A program made the translations under genes and the position numbers. The notes beneath the pieces are model-generated. The model worked only from the letters and a program-made list of their open reading frames with translations, searched no databases and had not been told where the DNA came from. This document shows, piece by piece, positions 1-16,117 of a stretch of 64,000 nt of DNA. Where the stretch lies: assembly GCA_012295275.1 (NCBI GenBank), contig CM022677.1, positions 25,234,001 through 25,298,000 of the forward strand, in the 5' to 3' direction. The stretch comes from Chrysomallon squamiferum. Its lineage: Eukaryota > Animalia > Mollusca. Each line of letters begins with the position of its first letter. Within the stretch, counting starts at the first letter, position 1.

Positions 1-229
1 TTTGTAAACCCAGAGATCGATATTTTTAGATGTGTCACGTGACTCGTCGACAGCGACTCGCTGTGAGTCTGTTTTCAGCGTTCGATCTGAGGCGGAAACA
101 TTATTATTTCATGTATGATGCATATATATGTATATATATATCAGTTTTCTTTTGTGTGTCACTCGTATATCATTTTTAATTACGTGGAACAGATTGTTAT
201 GTCGTTAATGTGCTTTGATGAAAGGAAAG

Positions 230-278
<49 letters not shown>

Positions 279-428
279 ATATTAAAATAAAAATAAAAAA
301 TCCGGATTAATAAATAAATAAATCAAGGTATAATGCCATTACATTTTTTAATTTATTTTATTTTATTATATATGACTGAAATTTTAGCAGTTACATACAT
401 ACACACACACACACATACACACACACAT

Positions 429-463
<35 letters not shown>

Positions 464-549
464 CAAACATTTATTTACTGTATTTCTTAATTATGTTTCT
501 TCATTAAATTTTCAACAGAGAAGAGGAAGAGAAGCAAGATGAAGAGCGA

Positions 550-584
<35 letters not shown>

Positions 585-1340
585 CGAAGAAGAAAAAAAG
601 GACAAAACAAATCTTAAAATTTTCTTTTTCATATCGGGTATTACACGAGGATAATAATTCGTTGTCAAGCAACGACTCTTCCCCCTGCCCTCCCCCCTTC
701 TTAAGAGCCTCATGTTTTGAAGAAATAAATATCTTCTTTGATGTGATAAATAGGTTGCTAACATTGTAACCCCCCATAGGTATGTCTCTCCCCCTGTCTC
801 TGTCCAATTTCGAACGAGTTTTATGTCTTGAAGAAAAAAAAAAAGAAAAGAAAAAAGAAAAAAAGAAATCTTTTATGTTGTAATAACATACGAATATTGA
901 GAAACCATCGTCTGTGAAGATTTATTTTAATTTTTATACATTTTTAATTTTTTTGTTTTTTAATTTTATTGACCCATCAACAACGACAGTACTGTCATCA
1001 GCATCAAAACCAAGAAAGAAAAGAAAAGAAAAGAAAAACAACAACAAAAAAAAACCAGACGTCATTAGTGTCAAAGCCGTTGTTGTTTGTTGGTCACAAC
1101 GTCTTTAAAGAAAAAGCAATTTTATTTTATTTTATTTATTTATTTTTTTAACGTAAAAAGAAGCAACAACATTATTGTGGCAACTGTTATATAATACAAC
1201 GAAACAGAACTGCCTCGGATGATATACTATGATGATGATGACGACTGTGATGATAATGACGAATGTGACGATGATGACTGTGATACATTAAATATTGTAT
1301 TTTCTTTGATGACACGGTGACAATAACGATGATAATAATA

Positions 1341-1396
<56 letters not shown>

Positions 1397-1451
1397 TTAT
1401 TATTATTATTATGTTATTATCAATAATTATAATTTGGCCCTTTCAACGAAT

Positions 1452-1486
<35 letters not shown>

Positions 1487-1528
1487 CACATATATATAGA
1501 CATGTATATATGTATATATATATTTATA

Positions 1529-1641
<113 letters not shown>

Positions 1642-2227
1642 GAAAACAGCACTGAATAAAATATTTGAAAAGAACGGAAGAGACAACTGGTGCTGCAGTG
1701 TAATTTTCTCTCAGTCGAATCCTGTGTTAGAATACAAATCTGTATTTCATTAGCATTAATCACACACAAACTCAGAGTACATTTACTTTAAGGTTGGTAA
1801 CAGATGCACACCGAGGTCAACGTGACTTCAGAACAAAGGGATTTTTGTCTTCCGTCATACGAATCGCACGTGCTATATTTTATTCTATGATACTAGAAAT
1901 CACGTGGTCAAACAAAAAGAAGAATAGAAAAAAAAAAAAAAAAAATGTTTTGTTTAATCAAGAATAATTTCAATCCTAATACACTGAAATGACTCAAATT
2001 TTCTCAAGCTGATTGAACTTCTTTTCGCAAAGCGTGTTCTTATTTTTTGCTTTTAATTCTAATTTTTTTTTTTTTTTTTCATATTTATTATTATTATTTT
2101 TTTTTTTTTTCTGTATAAAAATTATTTTGTATAGAAAAGTAATTAGGAGGAGTTATATATATGATATATATAAAATCGAATCGAAAATAGAATAAAGTAA
2201 TGGATAATACATGCGTTTCCATATAGG

Positions 2228-2328
<101 letters not shown>

Positions 2329-2333
2329 GTCTG

Positions 2334-2416
<83 letters not shown>

Positions 2417-2523
2417 GCGTATGTATTTATACACGTTCCATCCATATATGTATATAAGCAAGTACACAAGTACGTGTAAGTGTATGTGTGTCTTTCAGCG
2501 TAATTCCATTTATCTATATATCT

Positions 2524-2623
<100 letters not shown>

Positions 2624-2824
2624 CCATATATATATATATATATCTGTGTGTGTGTGTGTGGATTGCTTTTCTTTAATGACACCCTGTTCAACAACTGACA
2701 ATGTTTTTGACACTAATGAAGTCTGATTTTTTTCTTCGTTTCAATACTATTGACAGCGCTGTCGTTGTTGTTAGGTGAAAAAAATTAAAAAAGAGATAAA
2801 AAAATGTCCACAGACAATATGTAA

Positions 2825-2855
<31 letters not shown>

Positions 2856-3139
2856 TGTATGTATCACAGAAGAAGACTAACAAAAAAAAATATCGAACAA
2901 AAAGCAAAAAAACAACAACAAGAAACAACAACAATTATTTTTATTTATTTATTTAGTTTTAATCAGTTAATAATAATTTTGTAACAAACTGATTACGTCT
3001 CTAATATAGATTTTATTGTTCAGTATTTAGTTGTGTATTATAACCATCCCTTTAATTCTTACCAGTGATCGTAATGGACACACGTAATTTCGCATATAAC
3101 AAATGAATACATAGAGCTTAACACAGGAAAATATAGGAT

Positions 3140-3440
3140 AATATAACTTAGTATAGTATAGTATAGTATAGTATTGTATAGTATATTATGGCATGGTATG
3201 GTATGGTATGGTATGGTATGGTATGGTATGGTATGGTATGGTATAGTATAGTATAGTATAGTATAGTATGGTATGGTATGGTATGGTATGGTATAGTATA
3301 GTATAGTATAGTATAGTATAGTATAGTATAGTATAGTATAGTATAGTATAGTATAGTATAGTATAGTATAGTATAGTATAGTATAGTATAGTATGGTATA
3401 GTATGGTATAGTATAGTATTGCATGGTATATTATGGTGTT
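3140..3440. repeat. Pentanucleotide satellite (GTATA)n/(GTATG)n
   Basis: Alternating blocks of gtata and gtatg units are directly visible. Confidence 0.95.
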
Positions 3441-3520
3441 GTATAATATTGTAAGTATAGAATAGTTTAGAATAAAATATAGTCTAATTTACGTGTGTCT
3501 TTGTGTGTGATGAACATATG

Positions 3521-3556
<36 letters not shown>

Positions 3557-3896
3557 ATGCTTGCGTATGTGTCTTGCGTATGTCTGGGTGCGTGTGTTGA
3601 TGTGCGTGTGTGTATAATACAGCATTATATAAAATAATAATACATTTGACCAAATACATATAAATTATATATACTCGTATGTATTGTATTACGTATAAAT
3701 ATTGTTTGTTGTTTTTAATGTTTTAATTGATTGTTGTATTCAGTTACGAATAGGAAGGTCATTTGCTGTAGACATTGATTATAAGATCTAATTTCAGGCC
3801 ACAAAGTTTTAACATTGTCAAGTTATTACTTAAACTATCGATGCAGATAATAGTACCATGGGCAACATTAGCAAATACATATATCGATAAGATGCA

Positions 3897-3997
<101 letters not shown>

Positions 3998-4865
3998 AAT
4001 AGTAGAAGCAGAAGCGGTAGTAATAAAAATAATAGTAATGATGATGATGATAATGATGATGATGATAATGATGTTGATGATAATGATGTTGATGATGTTT
4101 ATGATGACGCCGATGCAGGTAATAATAACGATGACGATAACCACAACACGAAAACCACCATTGCCATCGTACTGATGATGATGACGTTACTACTACTACT
4201 AACAATAACAATAATCATCATCATCATCATCATCGAATGATGCTGCTGATGATGATGATAATGAAGATGACGGCAATAATGATAATATAAGCACACACAT
4301 ATACAGACTATAAAAAAAAACGCACACGTAGATATACGAATATTTTGTTTTTCACTGCTCAATGCTTTCTTTTCTTTAATTTTCATTTTGTAGCCGACTG
4401 AGAGTTTCAATCAGCGTGTTTCTCTTCTAGTGTTATTTTCACAAGCCGACGTGTCTGTTCGTCTGTCCTGGTTGTAATTACGTCATCACTGACATATTTA
4501 GCGTGCAATTCGCACGTGATTACTAACTCATTAATCGATGACGTAATATACAGATGACGTAACAGTTACAGGGTAAAAATTAGACTGTACTTTTAAAAAT
4601 TATTATTGTTATTATTATTATTATTTTTTTTTTTTTTTGCAGTGTCTGCTGTTGTTGTTGTTGATGATGCTGTCCGTGTTCATTTTGTCAGACAGCGTCA
4701 TTACTCATCCATGACATTTATTCAGTTATTTAGTTAGTTCATTTTTTATTTTATTTTAGCAATTGCCTTGTCCCCATCTCTTACATCATTTTGTAAAAGT
4801 TAACACTTAATTTACAGTCCTCGTTGTTTCACTAATGCATTTATAAACTCCATTCAGAAACAACA

Positions 4866-4944
<79 letters not shown>

Positions 4945-5787
4945 CTGTACAACTGTATGTCTCTCTGCATAGATACCATATATCATGTAAACTGTATGAG
5001 TTAAGAAGCTAATTACGCTTGCTGTATAAATGTAATAATAATCTCATGTCACCTTGAACTACAATTACAGCAGCAAAACACAAATTTTCATTTCTTTGAA
5101 AATACATAAATATAATATAAACACACTGTACGTTTCCTTGAAATACTTATTATAACAGTCTACTGTAAATTATTACAACGTAGTTATTTTAATAGACGTT
5201 TATTATATCGTACTAATTCGGACTGTCTTACGTACTGTACTTTAACGTAGGTACTGTATTACGTGTTGTGTTCGTTATTACAATGTACTAACTGTGACTG
5301 TTTTAGTTACGTTACTGTGACGTAATTACTGCAAGTTTTACGTGCGTTATCGTAACGTACTATTCGGAACAGTCTCACGTACGTTACCACAACCGTTTCG
5401 ATAATAATAATATAAAGCGAATCCTATACAGAAATTAATTATCTGTTATTGCTGCCTTAAATTATTATGTGTATAGATGGCCATGTTTACTTCTCCTCTG
5501 TCCAATCATCTCACACCATTATTACATCACTGAGTAGTAATAAAGATAACGTCACTGATGACCTACATTCTCGACTAAGCATAAGCAAAATACAAAAACT
5601 GTTTCTTCGTAATTGATGATAATAGCTATGCTGAGACACAGCTAGATTATTTGTCTTAAGCTGTCATTATTAAAATCATGCGACTAGAACGTTAGTGAAA
5701 TAAGAATATGCTGATGTTGTTAAGTACTATAATTTGATAATAAAACGTAGAGATGTGTCAGTTATTTTTATCGTACTTGATAGGGTG

Positions 5788-5900
<113 letters not shown>

Positions 5901-5984
5901 CAGTAGTTAACATGGTTTAATAAAACAGATTAACAATATAATATTTTATTTATTCACTAAATTCATCAGTTGATGACACAGTTC

Positions 5985-6914
5985 TTAATGATTAGCAATG
6001 TCGATAGCCAAAGGAACAGAACCCACGCTAGGACTCGAAGAACTGAAAAAAAAAAAAACTAAGAAAAAAATATATAAATAAAAACAGTACAATCAGTAAA
6101 CAATTTAAAAAATAAGAGAAAATAAACTAAATTTTTCGAGTCTTCTTAAATACAGACGCACTGACAAACACCGTCAAACACCCACGCACACACACATAAA
6201 TTCTGTCACACTATTTGAAATAAAATACTCACCATTACGAAACAGAATAGTCAGCTTCAGAAATATGACTCACTAACTATGCATAAAATACTTACATCTA
6301 TTTACATATAAAATAAAAAAACCCAACCTCACCGTTATGAAATAAAACCACACACAGATTTACACGAAATTACTCCCAATTATGAAGTGTACCAAACAGC
6401 GGACCTCTCTGAAACGCTTTGTTTGTCCGAGTGCTACTGACCTCAGTGACGTAATCCCGTGGGCAATTGACCCCGTGTACCCTGGTTGCATCCCTATCGT
6501 TGACCACACCACGGAAGCTGCCCCTGACTCGGGCAAAATTCCGCTGTGGATAGCTGATCGACAGATTGATGATTGCTGTCAAGAAAAAAGAGTATCATCA
6601 TCATCATCATCATCGTCATCAACATCAACGTCGTGATTATTATTATTACTGCACTGTGTGTGTGTGCGGATGGCTGTTATTAAATGTGACCTTTTCTTTT
6701 TCTTGACTTTCGATTTTGTTAATTTTATGTTATCGTGATATGTATGTGGAATTATAGTTTGTGTGTGTGTGTGTTTTAAAGTGTTTGTAATGGATATATG
6801 GTGTCTGGGTGTGTGTGAGTGTGCGTCTTGTTTGAACCTGTGTTTGTGTGTTTTGCGTGTATGGATGCATGGTGTATATTTGTATGTGTATCTGTGTGCG
6901 TGTGTGTGCGTGTT

Positions 6915-6966
<52 letters not shown>

Positions 6967-8261
6967 GTGTGTGAGTGTGTGTGTGTGTGAGGTATAGTGT
7001 CAGGTGAATTTATGAGTATATCATGAAAGTCAAAATAAAGATTTATTGTATTAATCCATATAATTACGTAAATGCTAAATGAATGCTAAACTTTAGTGTC
7101 ACGAATAGAAATATAAAGTCACGTTTCTAAATGCAAAATATACTGCTTCTCGATGTAACTGTAGAGTGTGTTGTTCTGACGTATGCAACTGTAAACTCAC
7201 GGTTGTAAATATAAAGTATTCTTTACTAACTCAGGATGTAAATGTAAAATGTAAAAATCATGTAAATTAAATATTTGAATCAGGGATGTAAATATAAAAT
7301 TCTTTACTAACTCAATGTTGTAAATGTAAAATGTATCAAATCATAGATGTAGATGTAAAATCTATAAAATAACGTGTGTAAATGTAAAAATGTGTTAAAT
7401 CATGGATGTAAATGTAAAATGTGTTAAATCACGTGTGTAAATGTAAAATGTGTTAAATCACGGATGTAAATGTAAAAGTGCAGCGACTCACGGATGAATA
7501 TGATATTTCACCATACACTGGGGCGGGGCTCGTTTTACAGTTTGCCGGGCAGTGAGCACTGGAAGTAATTAAAATTTAGTTAATTAATGACGTCATGGTC
7601 ATGTGATATCAACATATTTTAATAATTCTCTTTCGTTTCTTCTAAGCTGATATTGTAAATGAAGTACAAATTATATATTTTTCTTTAAGAAAAAACAAAA
7701 ACAAAAAAAAAAAAAAAAGAAATTGTAATAATAAAATTCCTTTATTAGCTGATTAACGTATGTGTTCTAACCGATACAGTAATGAAAATAAATAGCTAAT
7801 TAACATTATTAGTTATAATATAGTAATAAAATACTTTTTATTACAACTACTACTACTACTACTACAACTACTACTACTACTACTATACTACTACTAATAA
7901 TAATAATCATAAGAAGAAGAAGAGGAATACAACAACATTACCAAAGACAGTCACAACAACAGCAGCAACAAAACCAGCAATAGCAACAACAACAACGACA
8001 ACAACAGAACATTAATAATAACAACAACAACAATAATAATAATAAGAAGAAGAACAATAATAACAAGAACAATGATAATAATAATAACAATAACAATAAC
8101 AATAATAAATAATAATAACAACAACAACAACAACAACAACAACGAGGTCTACGAAACAACAACAATGATGGCAACGGTCACGACGACCACTTACCCACAC
8201 ACTTTGGCTTTACAATCGGCAAACGTGGCAGCACAAAAAACGGTTCCCAGGTCAAGATAAG
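5985..8261 (-). CDS. C-terminal LCCL domain exons of gene 1
   Basis: Spliced translation [68 protein letters not shown] fits the LCCL pattern CPxxC...VYG...Y...SSICxxAIHxG...Y.GS...GI.S. This frame is missing from the ORF track. Confidence 0.85.
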
Positions 8262-8555
8262 CTGTAAACAAAAAAACAAACAACCTCTTTTATTTATTAC
8301 ACAAGATTCTGTAGCTGATCAATAAAACACAAGTCAGCCGATCATTAAACAAAAATAATGTTTAGCATTTTGACGATAAATAGACATAGAAATAAATATA
8401 GGAAAATATATACGTCTATATATCTATCTATCTATCTATATATAGATATAGATATAAAAGAACAAAGAAATATTTCAACCAATTAATGATAATAATTAAA
8501 AAAATATCAGATTCAACATTACTACGATAAACGCGTACACAGATATATATATGTG

Positions 8556-8586
<31 letters not shown>

Positions 8587-8941
8587 ATATATATACAAAC
8601 GTATACATGTACATAAAAGCAAACAAAGGAATAAATAAATAAATAAAGTAGTAAAATCAATTGTGACGATTATGACTATGTCTGAGATGTCGTTGATGAT
8701 GATGATGAAGATAACATCAGTGACAATAAAGTCGACACTAACTGAAATGATGATAGTTTAGATAATGATGTCGATTTGTGAAAAAAAGCATATTGAATAA
8801 GGTATAATGAAAAACAATACTCCTACGACTAGTGCTAGTAATAACAATAATACTAATTGCAAAAACAGCAACAACAACAAAAAATCAAGAACAAGAAGAA
8901 CAAAAATAACATCACAATACAACAACAACAACAACAACGAC

Positions 8942-8974
<33 letters not shown>

Positions 8975-10352
8975 TAATAATAGTAATAACAATAAAAATA
9001 ATAATAATTATAGTAATAATAATAATGGTAATAATAACAATAATAATAACAATAGTAATAATAATAATAATAATAGTAATAATAACAATAATAATAACAA
9101 TAACAATAGCAATAATAATAACAATAACAATAACAATAACAATAATAATAATAATAATAATAATAATAATCGTAATAACAATAATAACAATAATAATAAT
9201 AACAATAACAATAACAATAACAATAATAATAATAATAACAATAACAATAATAATAACAATATTTTCTCACTCACCCCAGGCAGAATCTGTGGCCTGACCA
9301 AGATGGTTGCTTGCTGTACACGAATATTTCCCGGCGTCCCCCGCGGTGGCCCCGAGTATGAGCAGCTTGTGACTGACCCCTGCGGCAGGAAGTGACAGGT
9401 ACTTGCCTCGGTTTTTCAGGTCCAGCTTGACGCCATCTTTGTGCCACGTGATCGTGAGAGGGGAATCCCCATCTGCCTGGCAGTCGAAGAAGATGGTCCC
9501 ACGAATAGGCATCAAGCTGGGCAGAATTGTAGCAGTGGGAGGAACTGAAATTAATATTGTTGTTATTGTTATTATTGTTGTTGTTGTTGTTATTATTATT
9601 ATTATTGTTGTTATTGTTATTATTATTGTTATTGTTATTATTATTGTTATTGTTATTGTTGTTGTTATTATTATTGTTGTTGTTGTTGTTGTTGTTGTTG
9701 TTATTATTTGTTGTTGTTTTATTATTATTATTATTATTGTTTATTAGTTATTAGTAGTAGTAGTAGTAGTAGTAAGTGTACTAGTAGTAGTGGTTATTAT
9801 TATTATCATTATTATTAGTATTAGTAGTAACAGTAGTAGTAGTAAAAAATAATAATGACATTAGTAGTATAGTAATAGTAGTAATAATAATAATGACGTT
9901 AGTAGTATTGTTAGTGATAGCAGCAATAGTGTTAGTAGTAACAGTCACAGTACTAATAGTAATAGCAAGAGTAGTAACAGTGGTAGCAGTACTAATGGTA
10001 GTAGTAGTAGTAGTAGTAATCCTAGTAGTCGTAGTTATAATAATAGTCAATCGTCATAGAAGTAGTCGAGAGGGAGAAGCTGCAAAACTAGTAATAATTG
10101 TTGCAGTAGTAATGATTCTAGTATTAGTAATAGTAGTTGTATTATCAGCAGTGGGTATTATTTATCGTAGACGTAGCAGGAGTTGTAGCGGTGGTAGTTG
10201 TAGTAAAAGAAATACCTCTTTGTGTGTACTCTTAGTAATGATAATCAGTAATAGTAGTAGTAAATATGGTGATATTGGTAATTATGGTTGTAGTAATATT
10301 CTTGGAGTTAATGATTATATTAATAGAGTAATGACTAATAGTGGAAGTAGTA

Positions 10353-10408
<56 letters not shown>

Positions 10409-12156
10409 ATAGTAGTAGAAGTAATAGTAGCCGAATGGAACAGCAGAACTAATAACAGAATAGTTATAGTAGCTGAAGAAATAAAAATAATAGTGATAAC
10501 AGTAATAGTAATACTGATATCAGTAATAGAAATGGCTTTTATTTTAATATCAGGAAAACTGGTAATTGTTGCTATTGATGCTCTTGCAATCATTAGAAGA
10601 AAGAAAGAAAGAACAAAAATATTAGGAAAGGAAAACCAAAACTGAAAAGTGAAAAGAGAAAGAAATGGAAACAAAAAAACACTAGCTCTTCGTCCTCAGT
10701 GAAAGACGTATATAATTGAGAAAGGTAATAAAATATTACTACCTCATTTTCTTTACTTTATTGTCGAGTGTAAAAACAGGAGTCAGTGTTATCACAATAT
10801 TTTCAGTAATAAATTTTCGAGGATTCATCACTGAAGGCCAGGAGAGAGTGCTTTGTGACCGAGGAAGTCACGTGACTTATTGATTACGACTGTTCGTGTT
10901 CCGCTGGTGTAGAAACGTGAATATTAAATATCGTAATATGAAGTCATTTCATTAACATTGTCGTTATTTGTGCTGCTGTTGCTGTTGCTGCTGTTGCTGT
11001 TGTTGTTGTTGCAGTGCTCATTGTTGCAGGGTGCACCGAATTGATTACGAAATGTTTGCTCACGTATTCAAAGTAAAAATCTTTGAAGTTGGGTTTCCTA
11101 ACGTCCCTAGTTCTAAAAGTGAAATTGTTTTCATACAATAGCTGCAATATCAATAGATTAAACGATAGCAACAACGATAGTAAAACGGCAATTACAAGAA
11201 AAAAATAATAGTTTATTTTTCTCTCTTTCTCGTCTTCTTCTTCTTCTTTTTCTTATTATTATTATTCATTGCTACTATTACTATTAAAACTATCACCACT
11301 CTTCTACTGTTATTACTATCACTATCGCTACTGTTCCTTCTCTTACTGCTAGTATTACTATTACTACTTCTCATTATGTTGCTATTACTAGAACTACAAC
11401 TATTACTGCTATTACTACTACTACATCTGCTACCACCACTGCTACCACCACTGCTACTACTGCTATTATGATAGCAACTACTACTGTTGTTATTACTATT
11501 ACAACTACACCTACAACTACTGTTGCTGTTGCTGCTACTGCTATTTCCTTCATTTATTACTAGTACTATTACTATTTGTATTACTATTACTACTACCACT
11601 TCTAGAACACCTGCTATTACCACCACTACCACCACCACCACAACAACAACTACTACTACTACTACTACTGCTACTACTACTATATTACTATTATAATTAT
11701 TACTGTAACTACAACTTCATGTTCACTATAACAGCAAAACCGAAAGAGCTGCAGCATGATCAACCTATGCAGTGACGTCTGTAATTATATACTCGCCTTC
11801 TACTGTGACATTAATTGCGGCCTTGTCAACGCCGTATGAGTTTGCGGCAGTGCAGACGTACCTTCCTTCCTCTCCCTTACCGATGTTGTTAATCACGAGG
11901 GAACCGTCAGAATCCGTGTACACTTTTGATGACGTAGTCTGCAAAAACAGATGACGTTTATAACAATTTTTTTTTTTTTTTTAATATATAATGGTTAATT
12001 ATCTGTGTATTTTAAACATTTATGTGACTTTTTTCTTCTTCTTCTTTTTTTTTTAAAGAAACAAAACGTTAATAATGTTACGAAATATTAAATATATTTT
12101 GAATATTAATTGATTGAACAGACGATGTCATCAATGATTAAACTCGCGAAGCAGTC

Positions 12157-12187
<31 letters not shown>

Positions 12188-12226
12188 CAGAGAGAGAGAG
12201 AGAGAGATTGAGACAGAAAGAGAGAG

Positions 12227-12291
<65 letters not shown>

Positions 12292-12343
12292 AAGAGTGTG
12301 AAAGAGAGAGAAAGAGAGATTGAGACAGAAAGAGAGAGTGTGT

Positions 12344-12425
<82 letters not shown>

Positions 12426-14272
12426 ACTATGATATTATACATTATAGAAAGAAAACGAAAAAAAATGTGTAGCCTAGCTCTAAGGCTTTTCAGTGCAGGT
12501 TTTATTGAATCTTATCACGTGATTTGTTAGAGTTGTTCTTGTGTTAGAAATACGAAGAATGACTAAACAAAACAAATAATTAATTAGATAAGAATGTTTG
12601 ATTCTGATTAGTTTTTTCTAATTACCAGTAATTCCTTTTAGCATTAAAATCAATATTTAATTAAAGAACGCTGCATTAACAAAATTATCTGCAACTGCAG
12701 CAACACGTGCAAGTAATAATAACAACAACAGCAATAACGTTGACAATAATAACAAACAAACAATAAAATAAATAAGCAATAAATGCACCAATCAATCAAT
12801 AAATACATAAATAACAAATAAACACCAGAAAAGAAGAATAAAAACAACTAATAAACAAATACATAAAGAATAAACAAATTAATAGTAGAATTAACATAGA
12901 AACAAATAAACAAAACAATGAACGTATAAAGAAGCAAATAAACAAACACATAAACAAATAAACAGACAAATAAACAAACACACAATAAACAATATTAAAA
13001 AAGGGGGGATAACTTACTGGGTGATTCCAAGTGACTGTGTAGCCAGGCTTAGTCGTGCTGTTACACCAAAGTCTGATAGTGTCACCCTTGTTTACAGTCA
13101 GGTGACCATTTCCGGTGTACTTCGTGATGTAAGGTTTAGCTGTAAGTAAACAAAAATCTATTTTATTCACAAAATTCCATGTAAAAAAAAGAATCAACAT
13201 AAGTAAGCTAGTTCCTGCCCCTTGTGACAAAATTTATGATAACTATTTCTCGCCATGTTCATTGGGAATGAAAAAGTAAAATGAGGGAGATTTCAAAATG
13301 TCGTATTTTTCAGAAGTGTTTGTCCAGTGAAGGTAAAACTAGTACATGCAGGTGTTTTAGACCAAACAAACGTATGACAAATTTATTATTAGTAGTATTA
13401 TTATTAGTATTTATTTATTTGTTTATTTTTAAACTTTTGATGAATCATAATCGTCCAAACAGAACCACGAGTTTCACAAGCTGCAACAACAACAGCAATA
13501 ATAATAATAGTAATAATGATATTAATAAAACTGAATCATTGAAAATGACAGCGACATTTAATACTTCTGTTGTTGTCGTTACTACTGTCACTACTTTTAT
13601 TACTTTTACTATTACTACTAGTACGACTACTACTACTACCTTTAATAATAATAATACTAATACTACTACTACTAATAATAATATAATAATAATAATCATA
13701 ATAATAATAAGAAGAAGAAGAAGAAGAAGAAATAAGAAGAAGAACTATTATTATTATTATCATTATTATTATTATTGTTGTTGTTGTTGTTGTTGCTGCC
13801 GCCGCTGCTGCTGCCGCTGCTGTTGACACCAACTTACACAAGACAATAAGGTGGCCGCTGCCGTGCACTTTTTCTACGCCGTTGTTGGCCTCGCACACGT
13901 ATTGTCCCGAATCATTCCACTGCGTGTACGAGATCAAAAGCTGAGAGCCTGTCCCGTTGTTTATTGAAGTCACCCCTGACGTCACCTTCTGCTTCGACCC
14001 GTCGACCCCGTAGTGATACCACGTGATCGTCGGCTTAGGGTCGCTCTTGAAGTTGCATTCAAACCTGACGGAGTTACCTTCCTTGACGGTCGTGTCGTTC
14101 GGTTTGTTCTGTATTGCTATGTGCTCTGTAAGAATGAATGAATGAATGAATGAATAAATGAATGAACGGATGAATTCATGAATATAACATATACATATAC
14201 TCGTTCGTACGTACATACACATACACGGTAATACATATACATACATATATACAATTATTCATAGAAACATTC

Positions 14273-14310
<38 letters not shown>

Positions 14311-16035
14311 TCTATATAGCTAAGTGCTCTGTAAGAAAGAATGAATGAGTAAATAAATAAATAAAACACACACACACATATATATATATATATACATACA
14401 AACATACAGACACATTTAACATACATTCATATATGCATTCATACCTACATAAACAACAAATACATAACAAATACAAATAAATAATAAATGCATAGAAACA
14501 AACACACAGGTCAAAGAAGAAGAAGAAGAAGAAGAAGAAGAAGAAGAAGAAGAAGAAGAAAAAGAGAAGAAGAAGAAGAAGAAAGAAAAAAAAAGAAGAA
14601 GAAGAAGAGAAGAAAAGAAGAAGAAGAAGAAGAAAAGAAGAAGAAGAAGAAGAAGAAGAAGAAGAAGAAAAGAAGAAGAAGAAAAGAGAAGAAGAAAAAG
14701 AAGAAAAAGAGAAGAAGAAGAAGAAGAAGAAGAAAGAGAGGAAGAAGAAGAAGAAGAAGAAAAGAGAAGAAGAAGAAGAAGAAGAAGAAGAAGAAGAAAA
14801 AAGAGAAGAAGAACAAGAAGAAGAAGAAGAAGAAGAGAAGAAGAAAAAGAAAAAGAAGAAGAAAAAAGAGAAGAAGAAGAAGAAGAAGAAGAAAAAGAGA
14901 AGAAGAAGAAGAAGAAAAAGAGAATAAGAAGAAGAGGAAGAAGAAGAAGAAAAGAAGAAGAAGAAAAGAAGAAGAAGAAGAAGAAGAAGAAGAAGAAGAA
15001 GAAGAAGAAGAAGAAGAAGAAGAACTCACACATACTTAATATATTAAGAGCAATAACTTTAGAAGCTCCTCCGAGGACGTTCTTTGCACTGCACGTGTAC
15101 ATTCCGCCGTCTTTCACTTGCACGTTCGTGATGATGAGGTCAGGGCCGTCAATTTTGACCCGGCTGTGATCCATGGTGCTTGGGTCGGGCGTCCACTTGA
15201 GGACAGGCTTGGGACTCCCGTACGCACTGCACGACAGCGTGATGTTTGACCCCTCCGTCACCGTGTACGTCTCCTCCGTGCCCTCGATCTGAGGTTTCAC
15301 TGTGAAATAGCGATTGTTATAGAACACGCGTAAATAATAACGATTATTTAAAACAGACGTAAATAACAACGGTTATGTATCTTACGTAAATAATGACGAT
15401 CATATAACACAAGTAAATAATAACGATTATTTAAAACAGACGTAAATAATAACGATTATATAACAGACATAGATAATAACGATTATTTAAAACAGACGTA
15501 AATAATAACGATTATATAACACACGTAAATAATAACGATTATTTAAAACAGACGTAAATAATAACGATTATTTAAAACAGACGTTAATAATAATGGTTAT
15601 ATATCTTACGTAAATAATGATGATCATATAACAGACGTAAATAATAACGATTATATAACACATGTAAATAATAACGATTATTTGAAACAGACGTTAATAA
15701 TAACGGTTATGTATCTTACGCAAATAATGACGATTACATAAGAGACGTAAATAATGACTATTATATAACAGACGTAAATAATAAATGTTCTGTAACACGT
15801 AAATAGCAACGATTATATAACACACGTAAATAATAACAGAAATAACAAATGCTAATGTTTGCTTATGTTTGATGTTTCACGGTAAAATCACGACTATTTA
15901 GGATAAGTAAATAATAAGAATTATAAAACACGTAAATAATAATGGTAAAAAACAAAGAAAAAAGAGTAAAAAACTGAAGTAAATAATAACGATTACATAA
16001 CAAACGTAAATAATGTCGATTATAAATACACGTAA

Positions 16036-16117
<82 letters not shown>

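Noticed and set aside
6360-6441. Read-through of gene 1 exon 15 to a stop at 6360 as the true C-terminus
   Set aside because: Possible, but a good AG/GTCAGT donor and a phase-matched terminal exon (6042-5985) followed by AATAAA fit better.
6370-6636. ORF-track entries 6370-6582 (-) and 6382-6636 (+)
   Set aside because: Wrong-frame and antisense shadows of the LCCL exon 6575-6442.
9893-10645. 250 aa Val/Ile-rich ORF resembling a membrane protein
   Set aside because: Degenerate (TAG/TAA)n repeat antisense within an intron. The same applies to 27918-28577, 39187-39747 and 55278-55967.
15300-15860. Regular ~28 bp repeats superficially like a CRISPR array
   Set aside because: Head-to-tail units without unique spacers, inside a eukaryotic intron, no cas genes.
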